DNA from: an uncultured Clostridium sp.
GTDB lineage: Bacteria > Bacillota > Clostridia > TANB77 > CAG-508
Direction of reading: 5' to 3'
Assembly (NCBI GenBank): GCA_947302485.1
Contig: CAMYVO010000001.1
Coordinates: 64,273-128,272, forward strand
Length of the DNA stretch: 64,000 bases
The position numbers were made by a program, and so were the translations under genes. Positions 9,314 to 20,198 of the stretch are shown piece after piece. Position 1 is the stretch's first letter; each line of letters begins with the position of its first letter. The notes below the pieces were generated by a model, which saw only the letters and a program-made list of their open reading frames with translations, searched no databases and had not been told where the DNA came from.

Positions 9314-10543
9314 TTAATTTACTTCATTTATCTTAATATCTCTAACATGCTCTATTTTTTCCCATTTTGTATCTGGCTTAATCATACATTTAATGTTTAT
9401 TACTATCCAAGAACCTAAAAATAACGGATAACATAATAATCCTTTTATCATTGGCTTAATTGGTCTTTTGTCAAGCATCATTATAATAACTGAAACTACT
9501 ATTGGAATTAAAAATGTTGGCACTAAATACATAATAATACTAAAGATTAAATCTTGCATTGTCATACCATTTCCAAGATATAGTATAAAGTTTATTAATA
9601 ATAAAGTAAAAGTTAAAACTAACATTGGCGCTGTTCCAACAATATATAATAATCCATCAAAGTTCATTAAAGTTTTCTTTTCTTTTACTGCAGTTCCTAA
9701 TTCCTTTGTGTATCTTTTTAAACATTGAATATGCCCTACTGTCCATCTTGATCTTTGTGTCCATGATTGTTTAAATTCAACAGGTTGTTCATCAAATACA
9801 ATTGCATCAGTTGCCCAACCTAATTTTTTTCCTTTAATAATACGTTTTAACGAAAATTCAATATCTTCTGTCAATGTTTCTGTTTGCCATCCATCTGGTT
9901 TAATAACATCAAATTTCACCATAAATCCTGTACCATTAATTAATGGAGATAATCCTAAGTTATATCTTGCTAAATGGTAAAATCTATTCATCATCCAATA
10001 AAAGATTGCATATCCTGCTGAAATCCAGCTATCTGTTGGATTTTTAATATCTCTATATCCTTGAACTACATCTTCTCCCTGACACAATTTTCTATTCATA
10101 TTCTTAATAAAATTTACATCAACTATATTATCAGCATCAAATACACAAAATGCATCGTACGGAGCTTCTTCTTCTATTTTTTGCTTTAAAAACCATTGTA
10201 GCGCATATCCTTTTGTTTTATGTTCTTCATCATGTCTTTCATAAACAATAGCTCCAGCTTCTTTTGCAATTTTTGCTGTATTATCAGTGCAATTATCTGC
10301 TATAACATATATATCTAATAATTCTTTTGGATAATCTTGATTTTTTAAACTCTCTATTAAATTACTAACAACTGTTTCCTCATTGTGTGCTGGTATTATT
10401 GCCATAAATTTATTATCTTTTTCTTCAATTATTGGTTTTTCTTTTAATTTAACAAGTGAACACAAGCTAACTATAATTTGGTATAGCCAAAAAATTGCTA
10501 CAATCCACACAAGTGCTTGTTGAACAATATATAAATATTCCAT
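9314..10543 (-). CDS. family 2 membrane glycosyltransferase (IcaA/HasA-like)
   Basis: N-terminal TM, GT-A motifs (…IIPAHNEE…, …DADN…, QxxRW-like QRSRW) and C-terminal TM helices. Confidence 0.8.
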   Translation of the reverse strand: MEYLYIVQQALVWIVAIFWLYQIIVSLCSLVKLKEKPIIEEKDNKFMAIIPAHNEETVVSNLIESLKNQDYPKELLDIYVIADNCTDNTAKIAKEAGAIVYERHDEEHKTKGYALQWFLKQKIEEEAPYDAFCVFDADNIVDVNFIKNMNRKLCQGEDVVQGYRDIKNPTDSWISAGYAIFYWMMNRFYHLARYNLGLSPLINGTGFMVKFDVIKPDGWQTETLTEDIEFSLKRIIKGKKLGWATDAIVFDEQPVEFKQSWTQRSRWTVGHIQCLKRYTKELGTAVKEKKTLMNFDGLLYIVGTAPMLVLTFTLLLINFILYLGNGMTMQDLIFSIIMYLVPTFLIPIVVSVIIMMLDKRPIKPMIKGLLCYPLFLGSWIVINIKCMIKPDTKWEKIEHVRDIKINEVN

Positions 10544-10656
10544 AGCTACCTCTCTTTTTATTGGTATTTATACAATTTTATTTTACGTACTATATATTAT
10601 ACTATTGTTTTATAAATATTTCAACTTTTTATTATTAATTAATATTTGAAATAATA

Positions 10657-12789
10657 TTATATTCTATCTTCATTGTTATCTGAATTATTTTCATTTAAAT
10701 CTTTTTTAGTTAGATTAATTCTACCTTGGTCATCTATTTCGTAAACTTTTACTTTAACTTTATCGCCAACTTTTAAGACATCTTCAATTTTTTCAATTCT
10801 ATTTTTTGATATTTTAGAAATGTGTAGTAATCCTTCTTTTCCCGAACCAACATCAACAAATGCACCAAATGGCATAATTTTAGTAATAGTTCCTTCATAA
10901 ATCCCATCTACTTCTATTTCTCTTACAATATCATTTATCATATCTAAAGCTTTTTGTCCATTTGCTCCATCAACTGCATAAATAAATACTCTTCCATCTT
11001 CTTCTATATCGATTTTTACTCCTGTTTCTCCTATGATTTTATTAATCATTTTTCCACCAGGCCCTATTACATCTCTAATTTTTTCAACATCTATAGTTGT
11101 GTTTATAATACTTGGAGCATATTTTGAAATATTATCTCTTGGTTTATCAATTTGTTTAAGCATTATTTCTTCTAAGATATATTCTCTAGCTTTTCTTGTT
11201 CTTTCAAAAGCCTCTTTAATAATGTCATATGTTAAGCCATCAATTTTAATATCTACTTGAATTGCTGTAATACCTTTTTTGGTTCCTCCTACCTTAAAGT
11301 CCATATCTCCAAAAAAGTCTTCTAATCCTTGAATATCTGTTAACATTACATATTCATCTGGGTTTTCACTACTTGTAATAAGTCCTGTTGAAATACCTGC
11401 AACTGGTCTTTTAATTGGTACACCAGCATCCATTAATGCAAGTGTACTTCCACAAATACTTGCTTGTGAAGTAGATCCATTTGAACTTAATACTTCTGAT
11501 ACAACTCTAATTGCATATGGAAACTCATCTTCTGTTGGAAGTACTGGAACTAACGCTTTTTCTGCTAATGCACCGTGTCCAATTTCGCGTCTTCCAGGTC
11601 CACGAGATGGTCTTGCCTCCCCTACGCTATATGCTGGGAAATTATAATGATGCATATATCTTTTCGAATCTTCTTCATCTATTCCATCTAATATTTGTTC
11701 TTCACTTTTCATTCCTAATGTTGCAACAGATAAAACTTGTGTTTGTCCTCTTGTAAATAAGGCACTACCATGAACTCTAGGAAGTAATCCTACTTCACAA
11801 GATAATGGTCTTATTTCATCTAAAGCTCTTCCATCAGGTCTTTTATGTTCTTCAAAAATCATTTTCCTAACACACTTTTTCTCTAGTTTATATAAGCTAT
11901 CTGCAATATCACGTTTTTTGTTTTCAGTTTCTTCTTCTCCATACTTATCTATATAGAACTGTGTAACATCCTCTTTTAGTTTGTCCATGTTTGCATCTCT
12001 TACTTCTTTGTCAGCAGCTTGTACATCTTCATACATTCTTTCTTCATATTTTGCTTCAATTTCTTCATAAACATCATGATCTACTTCGAATGATTGATAT
12101 TCAAATTTTGGTTTTCCTATTTGATCTTTTATATTTGAAATAAATGAACATATCTTTTTTATTTCTATATGTGCAGCTTTTATTGCATCTAACATAATAT
12201 CATCTGGAATTTCGTTTGCTCCAGCTTCAATCATAGCTATTTTATCCATTGTTCCTGCAACAGTTAAAGTTAAATCACTTTTATCCCTTTGTTCTTGTGT
12301 AGGATTAATAATAATTTGTTCATCTACATATCCAACGTTAACCGCTGCTGTTGGTCCTCCAAATGGAATATCTGAAATAGATAATGCACAAGAAGCTCCT
12401 ATCATTGCTGCTACTTCTGGTGAATTATCCTGTTCTACAGAAAGTACTGTTGCCACTACACATACATCATTTCTAAAATCTTTTGGAAATAGTGGTCTAA
12501 GCGGTCTATCGATTGCTCTAGAAGTTAAAATTGCTTTATCTGCTGGTTTACCTTCTTTTTTTTGAAATCCTCCTGGTATTTTTCCTACTGAATATAACTT
12601 CTCTTCATAATCTACTGATAATGGAAAAAAGTCAATTCCTTCTCTTGGTTCTTTTGATGCTGTAACGCTTACCATTACAACAGTATCTCCATATCTCACC
12701 ATAACACTACCATTAGCTAAGCCTGCTATTTTTCCATTTTCAATAACTAGCTTTCTTCCTGCTAGATCGGTTTCAAATGTTTTAAACAT
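10657..12789 (-). CDS. pnp: polynucleotide phosphorylase
   Basis: 710 aa with two RNase PH domains and KH plus S1 domains at the C-terminus. Confidence 0.95.
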   Translation of the reverse strand: MFKTFETDLAGRKLVIENGKIAGLANGSVMVRYGDTVVMVSVTASKEPREGIDFFPLSVDYEEKLYSVGKIPGGFQKKEGKPADKAILTSRAIDRPLRPLFPKDFRNDVCVVATVLSVEQDNSPEVAAMIGASCALSISDIPFGGPTAAVNVGYVDEQIIINPTQEQRDKSDLTLTVAGTMDKIAMIEAGANEIPDDIMLDAIKAAHIEIKKICSFISNIKDQIGKPKFEYQSFEVDHDVYEEIEAKYEERMYEDVQAADKEVRDANMDKLKEDVTQFYIDKYGEEETENKKRDIADSLYKLEKKCVRKMIFEEHKRPDGRALDEIRPLSCEVGLLPRVHGSALFTRGQTQVLSVATLGMKSEEQILDGIDEEDSKRYMHHYNFPAYSVGEARPSRGPGRREIGHGALAEKALVPVLPTEDEFPYAIRVVSEVLSSNGSTSQASICGSTLALMDAGVPIKRPVAGISTGLITSSENPDEYVMLTDIQGLEDFFGDMDFKVGGTKKGITAIQVDIKIDGLTYDIIKEAFERTRKAREYILEEIMLKQIDKPRDNISKYAPSIINTTIDVEKIRDVIGPGGKMINKIIGETGVKIDIEEDGRVFIYAVDGANGQKALDMINDIVREIEVDGIYEGTITKIMPFGAFVDVGSGKEGLLHISKISKNRIEKIEDVLKVGDKVKVKVYEIDDQGRINLTKKDLNENNSDNNEDRI

Positions 12790-12935
12790 ATTTAAATCTC
12801 CTTTTAAATTTTATATTTATATAACTGATACTTTAATTAGATGGTAACCTCTATAATATATTAATAATTCAATACATTATACAAGCTACTTTCTAACATA
12901 AGTATCAATGATATACATTTTTTAAAAAATCCTAT

Positions 12936-12970
12936 TACGCAAGTTAGGACGTTCCAATGTGAAACGTCCA
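12936..12970 (-). terminator. hairpin downstream of rpsO (rpsO terminator / pnp leader structure)
   Basis: ggacgtt ccaatgtgaa aacgtcc. Confidence 0.5.
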
Positions 12971-12979
12971 TATACTTTA

Positions 12980-13243
12980 CTATTTTCTTAATCCTAATTT
13001 TTCAATGATTTCTCTATATCTTTGAACATCTTTTCTAGAAAGATAATTTAATAAATTTCTTCTTTTACCAACCATTTTTAAAAGTCCACGTCTAGAATGG
13101 TTATCTTTTTTATGAACTTTTAAATGTTCTGTTAATTCATTAATTCTTTCTGTTAAAAGAGCAATTTGTACCTCTGGAGAACCAGTATCTTTTTCATCTC
13201 TTTTATAAGTATTAATAATTTCTTGTTTTCTTTCCTTTATCAT
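12980..13243 (-). CDS. rpsO: 30S ribosomal protein S15
   Basis: 87 aa, …[35 protein letters not shown]…. Confidence 0.95.
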   Translation of the reverse strand: MIKERKQEIINTYKRDEKDTGSPEVQIALLTERINELTEHLKVHKKDNHSRRGLLKMVGKRRNLLNYLSRKDVQRYREIIEKLGLRK

Positions 13244-13401
13244 TGTAACACCTCCTAAAATTTTATATGCCTTAAACTGAGCTACAAGTGGTGTGTTTTC
13301 TTTAAGCTAAGTATAAGGTAACATTTAACAGAAATATTTTACAATACTTTTAAATAAAAATCAAGTATTTTTCGATAAAATAACTTTATTTAATGTAAAT
13401 T

Positions 13402-14469
13402 TTATATAATATTTATAATTTCTTTCTTGAGTACAGATATAATTTCTTCCTCTTTTATTTTCTTTATTATCTTTCCTTTTTTAAAAAGTATTGCTTCTCC
13501 ATCTCCACCTGCTACTCCAATATCCGCTTCTTTAGCTTCTCCCGGTCCATTTACAGCACATCCCATAACAGCAACAGTTATATCTTTATCGATAGTTTGT
13601 AAAAAATCTTCTATTTGTTTAGCAATTGGGATTAAATCTATTTTTGTTCTTCCACAAGTTGGACATGCTATAAGTCTTGCAGATTTACTAAATAAATTAC
13701 AATCTTTAAGTATCTCTTTTGCAACTTTTATCTCTTCTACAGGATCAGCAGACAAAGATACTCTTATTGTATTTCCAATACCTTCATTTAATAAAATTCC
13801 AATACCTATACTTGATTTTATTGTTCCACTAAATGCTGTTCCAGCTTCAGTAATTCCTATGTGAAGTGGATAGTTAAAGCTTTTAGCTGCTTCTTCATAT
13901 GCTTTTATACATAATTTTAAGTCAGATGCTTTTAAAGATAAACATATATTAAAAAATTCTAAATTTTCTAAAATATCTATATGACGTTTTGCACTTTCTA
14001 TCATCGCTTCAGCAGTTGGTTTTCCTCCATATTTCTCTAATAAATCTTTTTCTATTGAACCGCTATTCACTCCTATTCTAATTGGAATATTTTTTTCTTT
14101 GCATGCATCCACAACCTTTTTTACTCTTTCTTCATTTCCAATGTTACCTGGATTAATTCGTATTTTATCTACTCCTGCATTAATTGCTTCTAATGCAATT
14201 TTGTAGTCAAAATGTATATCTGCTACAATTGGAATATTTATTTTCTTTTTTATATCCCTAATTGCTTTTGCATCATCTTTATCTAAACATGCTACTCTAA
14301 TTATTTCACACCCTGCATGTTCTAATTCTTTTATCTGCTTTACTGTCTTTTCTACATCTTTTGTTTTTGTATTTGTCATTGATTGAATTATTACTTTGTT
14401 TTCTCCACCAATTGTTACATTACCTACTTTTATTTGTTTTGTTTCATACCTTTTTACCATTTTTACCAC
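13402..14469 (-). CDS. ispG: 4-hydroxy-3-methylbut-2-en-1-yl diphosphate synthase IspG
   Basis: GcpE family with the C-terminal CPTCGR Cys triad. Confidence 0.9.
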   Translation of the reverse strand: MVKMVKRYETKQIKVGNVTIGGENKVIIQSMTNTKTKDVEKTVKQIKELEHAGCEIIRVACLDKDDAKAIRDIKKKINIPIVADIHFDYKIALEAINAGVDKIRINPGNIGNEERVKKVVDACKEKNIPIRIGVNSGSIEKDLLEKYGGKPTAEAMIESAKRHIDILENLEFFNICLSLKASDLKLCIKAYEEAAKSFNYPLHIGITEAGTAFSGTIKSSIGIGILLNEGIGNTIRVSLSADPVEEIKVAKEILKDCNLFSKSARLIACPTCGRTKIDLIPIAKQIEDFLQTIDKDITVAVMGCAVNGPGEAKEADIGVAGGDGEAILFKKGKIIKKIKEEEIISVLKKEIINII

Positions 14470-14574
14470 CTTTAAAACTATTTTAAATTAATTTATTATA
14501 GGTGTCAATTGCTAATTTTAAAAAGTGGCCAAAAAGAGTCTAACCCTTTTTTGCCCCTTTGGCTCTTTTTTTTA

Positions 14575-15720
14575 CTATTTCATCACTTCACTAATTACTT
14601 TAGCTAAATACTTCATACTTCCAATGCATTCTTCTAACTTATTTGCTGTAGCACCAACCTCTATAATAACAGCACCTGAAGATGTTTGTTGATTATATCT
14701 TGATGTTGATAAATTAATTGGTCTAAACAATCCTGGATACATCTGGTTTGCTTTTTCTTGTATTTTTACAGCAAATTTAAAATTTTGTTTCCAATTAGGG
14801 TGTATAAGTCCACTTGCATCAGTACCAATTACAAACATTAATTGTGCAACAGTTTCATCTCCAATTTTAACAGTAGGCCCATAATCATCACCATTTCCTA
14901 CCGCATCTCTATGTATATCAAAAACTGCTTGAACGCCTGGATTTCTTTCCAAAATATTTGTTACAGTTGCATAAGATCTGTCATATGATCCAGAATATGA
15001 AGGATAGTCATGATATGTTTTATCATGAATTATATTGAATCCATATTCCTTTAACTGATTTTCAAGTTCGTCTCCTACTTTTGCCACAGAATAATTTAAA
15101 TCTGTTGTTCTATAATTACCTGTCATTTGATAATCATATTCTTGGCTTGGCGTATAGCTTTCACATGTATGTGTATGAAATAGTAGAATATCCTTATTGT
15201 TATCTAAAGAGTAATCTGTTTTCATTAAATCCTCTGTAATATCATAACCAGTTCTATTTTTTACTTGTACTTTTCCGTTTGTATTTGTATAACTTGCTTC
15301 CAAATTTTTATCTAATACAATTTCAGTTGTAAGTCCTGTTTGGGCAAGTTCTATTTCCTTTTCGTTATTTCCTTTGTCTCTTTCATTTTCAATAAATTGT
15401 TCTTTATTTTCTTTTATACTTTCAATCATTCCTAGTTCTACATTTAAAATTTTTTTTAATATAGATTTATCTTCTTTAGTAGTATTATCCTCTTTATTTT
15501 CTGAAGAAATCATAGGAATAGCTATATCTATACAAGATAAAAAAGATTGATTCATAATTTTATCTGCAAAATTTTCTGTATCTAATTTTATAGTTTCTTT
15601 CGTATTATTATCTTTTTTACTAATAAAGTAATTTGTTCCCAAAATTACAATAAATACTATACTAATAAGTCCAATTGTGTATTTGATTAAATTTTTTACA
15701 TTTATTACTGTAACATTCAT
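14575..15720 (-). CDS. spoIIP: stage II sporulation protein P
   Basis: …ILLFHTHTCESY… and …DIHRD… SpoIIP signatures. Confidence 0.85.
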   Translation of the reverse strand: MNVTVINVKNLIKYTIGLISIVFIVILGTNYFISKKDNNTKETIKLDTENFADKIMNQSFLSCIDIAIPMISSENKEDNTTKEDKSILKKILNVELGMIESIKENKEQFIENERDKGNNEKEIELAQTGLTTEIVLDKNLEASYTNTNGKVQVKNRTGYDITEDLMKTDYSLDNNKDILLFHTHTCESYTPSQEYDYQMTGNYRTTDLNYSVAKVGDELENQLKEYGFNIIHDKTYHDYPSYSGSYDRSYATVTNILERNPGVQAVFDIHRDAVGNGDDYGPTVKIGDETVAQLMFVIGTDASGLIHPNWKQNFKFAVKIQEKANQMYPGLFRPINLSTSRYNQQTSSGAVIIEVGATANKLEECIGSMKYLAKVISEVMK

Positions 15721-15787
15721 ATAATTTCTCCTTTGTCCATACCTCTCTTATATATATATTTTAAAAAAAATATAATTATTCTAAAAC

Positions 15788-15838
15788 AAATAAATAAATC
15801 CTTTAGGCTTTACCTAAAGGATTTATTTATTTATTTGT
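15788..15838 (-). terminator. long AT-rich hairpin terminator after hisS
   Basis: caaataaataaatcctttagg / cctaaaggatttatttatttg. Confidence 0.6.
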
Positions 15839-15840
15839 TT

Positions 15841-17157
15841 TTAATTATCTTTTATTCTTTCTATCGCATCTTCTATTGTTAAAGTTTCTTGATCTCCTGT
15901 TTGCATGTTCTTTAATGAAACCATTTTATTATTTGCCTCTTCTTCTCCAATAACAATAGCATATGGAATATTAAGTTTATCTGTATATTTAAATTTATTT
16001 TTAAATTTCTTATCTTCTAAATAAACATCTACATTTATGTTGCTTTTTCTTAATTTATTTGCTATTTCTATACACTCTTCATTTAAATCTTCTTTCATTG
16101 GAATTACAACAACTTGAGAAACAGAATTTTTTTCTTCTTTTATTAGATTTTCTTTTTTTAATTGATAGAAAAATCTTGAAAGTCCAATTGAAATTCCAAC
16201 TCCTGGAAGTTTTTTATCTGTATAGTGTTCTGCTAAATTATCATATCTTCCTCCTGAACATATACTTCCAAGTGCCTTATATTCATCTAAGAAAGTTTCA
16301 TATACTGTTCCAGTATAATAATCTAATCCTCTTGCAATCGTAAAATCAACAACAAAATTACTTTCTGGAATTTTAAACATACGTATGTATTTTACTACAT
16401 CTTCTAATTCTTTTTTTCCAGTAATAAAAGTATCGTTTTGTATCTTCAATTTTTCAAGTAGTTCAATCTTTTCATTGTTTGTTCCTTTAGATAAAATTAA
16501 ATTCATAATTATATCTATTTTATCCCTTGAAACATCTATTTTTTCTAATTCTGTAATTACAGCCTCTTTACCAATCTTTTCAATCTTATCTATTATTCTC
16601 ATAATATCTACAGAATTCTTAGATAATTGTAAATTCTCGAATAATCCATTTAATATTTTTCTATTATTTATATGAATAGTAAATTTTTCAAATCCAAGTT
16701 CTTTAAATGTATCATATATAATGCTAGGAATCTCTGCATCATGAATTATATTTAAGTTATTATCTCCTATAATATCTATATCACATTGATAAAATTCACG
16801 ATATCTTCCCTTTTGAGCTTTCTCTCCACGATATACCTTTCCAATTTGATATCTTTTAAATGGAAAATTTAAATCATGATAATATAACGACATATATTTT
16901 GCAAGAGGTACTGTTAGGTCAAATCTTAATGCTAAATCATTATCTCCTTTATTAAATCTATAAATTTGTTTTTCTGTTTCTCCACCAGCTTTTGCAAGCA
17001 ATACGTCTGATGATTCTATTACCGGTGTATCTATTGGTAAAAAGCCATATCTTTCATATACCTTTTGTATCTTTTCTTTCATCTTATTAAATATGATTTG
17101 ATCACTTGGAAGTAATTCCATAAATCCTGGTAATGTTCTTGGTTCAATTTTATCCAT
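15841..17157 (-). CDS. hisS: histidine--tRNA ligase
   Basis: Class II motifs: motif 2 KRYQIGKVYRGEKAQKGRYREFYQ, motif 3 GGRYDNL, and a C-terminal anticodon-binding domain. The N-terminal motifs are somewhat HisZ-like. Confidence 0.75.
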   Translation of the reverse strand: MDKIEPRTLPGFMELLPSDQIIFNKMKEKIQKVYERYGFLPIDTPVIESSDVLLAKAGGETEKQIYRFNKGDNDLALRFDLTVPLAKYMSLYYHDLNFPFKRYQIGKVYRGEKAQKGRYREFYQCDIDIIGDNNLNIIHDAEIPSIIYDTFKELGFEKFTIHINNRKILNGLFENLQLSKNSVDIMRIIDKIEKIGKEAVITELEKIDVSRDKIDIIMNLILSKGTNNEKIELLEKLKIQNDTFITGKKELEDVVKYIRMFKIPESNFVVDFTIARGLDYYTGTVYETFLDEYKALGSICSGGRYDNLAEHYTDKKLPGVGISIGLSRFFYQLKKENLIKEEKNSVSQVVVIPMKEDLNEECIEIANKLRKSNINVDVYLEDKKFKNKFKYTDKLNIPYAIVIGEEEANNKMVSLKNMQTGDQETLTIEDAIERIKDN

Positions 17158-17268
17158 ATATAATCATTCTCCTTTTTGGTTTTTATCGATTCTGTGTTGG
17201 AAGACCAATGGTCATCCAACACAATAATAATTAATATATTCATGGGCTATTATAATCGCCCATACAAT

Positions 17269-17916
17269 TTATTCTTGTCTTGGTTTTAGTTCAGTATAAA
17301 TTGGTAATTCTTCTTTAATTAGCGTACTTTTTCCATGTCCAGGATAAATAATAGTTTCTCCTGGTAAATTAATAATCTTGTTTGTAATAGAATTCATAAT
17401 ATCCACTAAACTGCCTGTTGGCAGGTCTGTTCTTCCCCATGTTCCTCTAAAAATTGTATCTCCAGAAATCAAAAATTTTTCTTTTTCACAATAAAGACAA
17501 GAACTTCCATTTGTATGCCCTGGTGTATGAAGTACTTTTAATTCTATATTTCCTACATGAATTAAGTCTCCATCATCCACCCTAGAATCTGCTTCAAGTT
17601 TTATTTGGTTCATTCCAATATACCAAACTAAATTTACTTCTGGGTTATTTAAATTTTCACTTTCTATTCTATGTATTAATATCTTTCCACCTTGATGTTT
17701 TTTTATCTCATTAACAGCACCAATATGGTCACCATGGCAATGTGTTAAATAAATATATTTTACTTTAACTTCCAGAATATTAATCATATCAATAATTTTT
17801 TCTGGTTTTCCAGCTGGATCTACTACCATACATTCTTTTGATTCTTCATCTGCTAAAATATATGTATTTGTTGGTTCTCCTAAGTTTGTATTAATTTTTA
17901 ATCTCTTTAATATCAT
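17269..17916 (-). CDS. MBL-fold metallo-hydrolase
   Basis: HCHGDHIG motif. Start taken at MILKRLK with SD agagaggtacagATG. Confidence 0.8.
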   Translation of the reverse strand: MILKRLKINTNLGEPTNTYILADEESKECMVVDPAGKPEKIIDMINILEVKVKYIYLTHCHGDHIGAVNEIKKHQGGKILIHRIESENLNNPEVNLVWYIGMNQIKLEADSRVDDGDLIHVGNIELKVLHTPGHTNGSSCLYCEKEKFLISGDTIFRGTWGRTDLPTGSLVDIMNSITNKIINLPGETIIYPGHGKSTLIKEELPIYTELKPRQE

Positions 17917-17990
17917 CTGTACCTCTCTATTTTTAATTTTTTCTTTTTGCGGGCGATTATCTGGCCAATATACCATTACACACCTACAAT

Positions 17991-20183
17991 CTATTTTTTC
18001 CTTTTAACCTCATAAACACTATCTACTCTTCTTATAGCTTTTAAGGCTTTATGAAGTTCATCTCTATTTTCTACTTGCAATGTAATTTCTGTTATAACAG
18101 TCTTTTCTTTAGTTACTCTACTATTAACAGAGATAATCTTTGTATTATTTTTTTGACTTACTTCTAATATATCTCCCAAAAGTCCATTTCTATCGTTAGA
18201 ATATACTTCTATATCTGATGTATATGAAGCTATTCCTTCATTAAACCATTCAACATCTATCATCCTATCTTCTTCTTGTAATAAATCATTTACATTTATA
18301 CAGTCTTTTCTATGAACAGATACTCCTCTGCCTTTTGTTATATATCCTATAATATCATCACCTGGAACTGGATTACAACACTTCGATAATTTAACTAAAC
18401 AATTATCAATTCCTTTAACAATAATTCCTGCGTTTGATGGCTTAGAATGAGTTTTTCTGCCTTGAGATAACTCTTTTATTTTTTCTTCTATATTTTCTTC
18501 TTTATGGTCTTTACGATATTCTTCCAACATTCTTGCTATAATCTTTACAGGAGAAATTGCTCCAAATCCAACAGAAGCATACATATCTTCAACAGAATTA
18601 TATTTATATCTTGTAAGTGCTGCATCTACATATTCTTGCTTAGATAAATCATTTTGTGAGATTCCTATTCTTTTTATTTCTTTTTCAATGAGTTCTTTTC
18701 CTTTTATAATATTATCTTCTCTTTCTGCTTTTTTAAACCATTGTTGAATTCTTGTTTTAGCTGTAGAACTTTTAATAAATTTTAACCAATCTCTACTTGG
18801 TCCTTTAGGTGAGTCTGATGTAATTACAGAAACAATATCTCCATTTTTAAGATTTGTTACAATTGGCATCATTTTACTATTTATTTTACATCCTGTCATC
18901 CTATGTCCTACTTCAGCATGAATACTATATGCAAAATCAATTGGTGTACTACCTTTTGGCAATACCTTAATATCTCCTTTAGGTGTAAACACATATACTT
19001 CATCTTCAAATAGCTCTGTTTTTAATGTATTCAAGAATTCTTCTGGATCTTGAACCTCTTTTTGCCACTCTAGTGTCTCTCTAAGCCATGATAGTTTATC
19101 GTCATTTACAACAACATTTGTCTTTTTATTTTTTCCTGCTTCTTTATATGCCCAATGAGCTGCGATACCATATTCTGCAACTCTATGCATGTCCCAAGTA
19201 CGAATTTGTACTTCAAATGGTGTTCCTTTTTCTCCAATTAATGTTGTATGCAATGACTGATACATATTTTTTTTAGGAACAGATATATAATCTTTAAATC
19301 TTCCTGGCATAGGATTATATAACTCATGAACAATCCCTAGAGCTGCATAACAATCTTTAACTGAATTTACAAGTATTCTAAGAGCAAACAAATCATATAT
19401 TTGGTCTAATGTTTTATTATCTCTTCTCATTTTACAATAAATACTATATATATGTTTTGCTCTTCCTTTTACTTCAGCATCAATATGCTGTTTTTTTAAT
19501 TCTAATCTTATTTCATCCATTATTTTTTCTATAAATGATAATCTTTCTTCTCTTTTTTTATCTAATCCCTCAACTATTTCTCTATATTCGTCTGGTTTTA
19601 AGTATTTAAATGATAAATCTTCAAGTTCCCATTTTAATGAATATATACCTAAACGATTAGCAAGTGGTGCGTATAAATCCATAGTTTCTTCTGCATTAGC
19701 AATTTGTCTATCTCTTGATAAATATTTTAAAGTTCTCATGTTGTGAAGTCTGTCTGCAAGTTTAATTAGAATAACACGTATATCCTTTCCCATTGCAAGA
19801 AACATTTTTCTGTAGTCCTCTACTTGCTTTTCCTTTATAGATGTATATTGCAAGTTACCAAGCTTTGTAACACCATCTACCATTTCAGATATTTCTTCTC
19901 CAAACTCTTGCATTATCTGTTGGCTTGTAACTTCTGTATCTTCTACAGTATCGTGCAAAAGCGCTGCACATATTGTAGCATCATCTAACTCTAAACCAGC
20001 TAAAATATATGCAACCTGGAGTGGATGAATAATATATGGCTCTCCAGATTTTCTTTTTTGATCTCCATGATGCGATTTTGCAAAATCGTACGCCTTAAAA
20101 ATTAATTTAGTATTTGTTTTTCTATTATTTTTCTTCATCTGATTTATAATATCTTCAATACTTGCACACTTTACTTCTGACAT
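17991..20183 (-). CDS. relA: bifunctional (p)ppGpp synthetase/hydrolase RelA/SpoT
   Basis: HD, synthetase, TGS and ACT domains; 730 aa. Confidence 0.95.
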   Translation of the reverse strand: MSEVKCASIEDIINQMKKNNRKTNTKLIFKAYDFAKSHHGDQKRKSGEPYIIHPLQVAYILAGLELDDATICAALLHDTVEDTEVTSQQIMQEFGEEISEMVDGVTKLGNLQYTSIKEKQVEDYRKMFLAMGKDIRVILIKLADRLHNMRTLKYLSRDRQIANAEETMDLYAPLANRLGIYSLKWELEDLSFKYLKPDEYREIVEGLDKKREERLSFIEKIMDEIRLELKKQHIDAEVKGRAKHIYSIYCKMRRDNKTLDQIYDLFALRILVNSVKDCYAALGIVHELYNPMPGRFKDYISVPKKNMYQSLHTTLIGEKGTPFEVQIRTWDMHRVAEYGIAAHWAYKEAGKNKKTNVVVNDDKLSWLRETLEWQKEVQDPEEFLNTLKTELFEDEVYVFTPKGDIKVLPKGSTPIDFAYSIHAEVGHRMTGCKINSKMMPIVTNLKNGDIVSVITSDSPKGPSRDWLKFIKSSTAKTRIQQWFKKAEREDNIIKGKELIEKEIKRIGISQNDLSKQEYVDAALTRYKYNSVEDMYASVGFGAISPVKIIARMLEEYRKDHKEENIEEKIKELSQGRKTHSKPSNAGIIVKGIDNCLVKLSKCCNPVPGDDIIGYITKGRGVSVHRKDCINVNDLLQEEDRMIDVEWFNEGIASYTSDIEVYSNDRNGLLGDILEVSQKNNTKIISVNSRVTKEKTVITEITLQVENRDELHKALKAIRRVDSVYEVKRKK

Positions 20184-20198
20184 ATTATTATCTCCATT

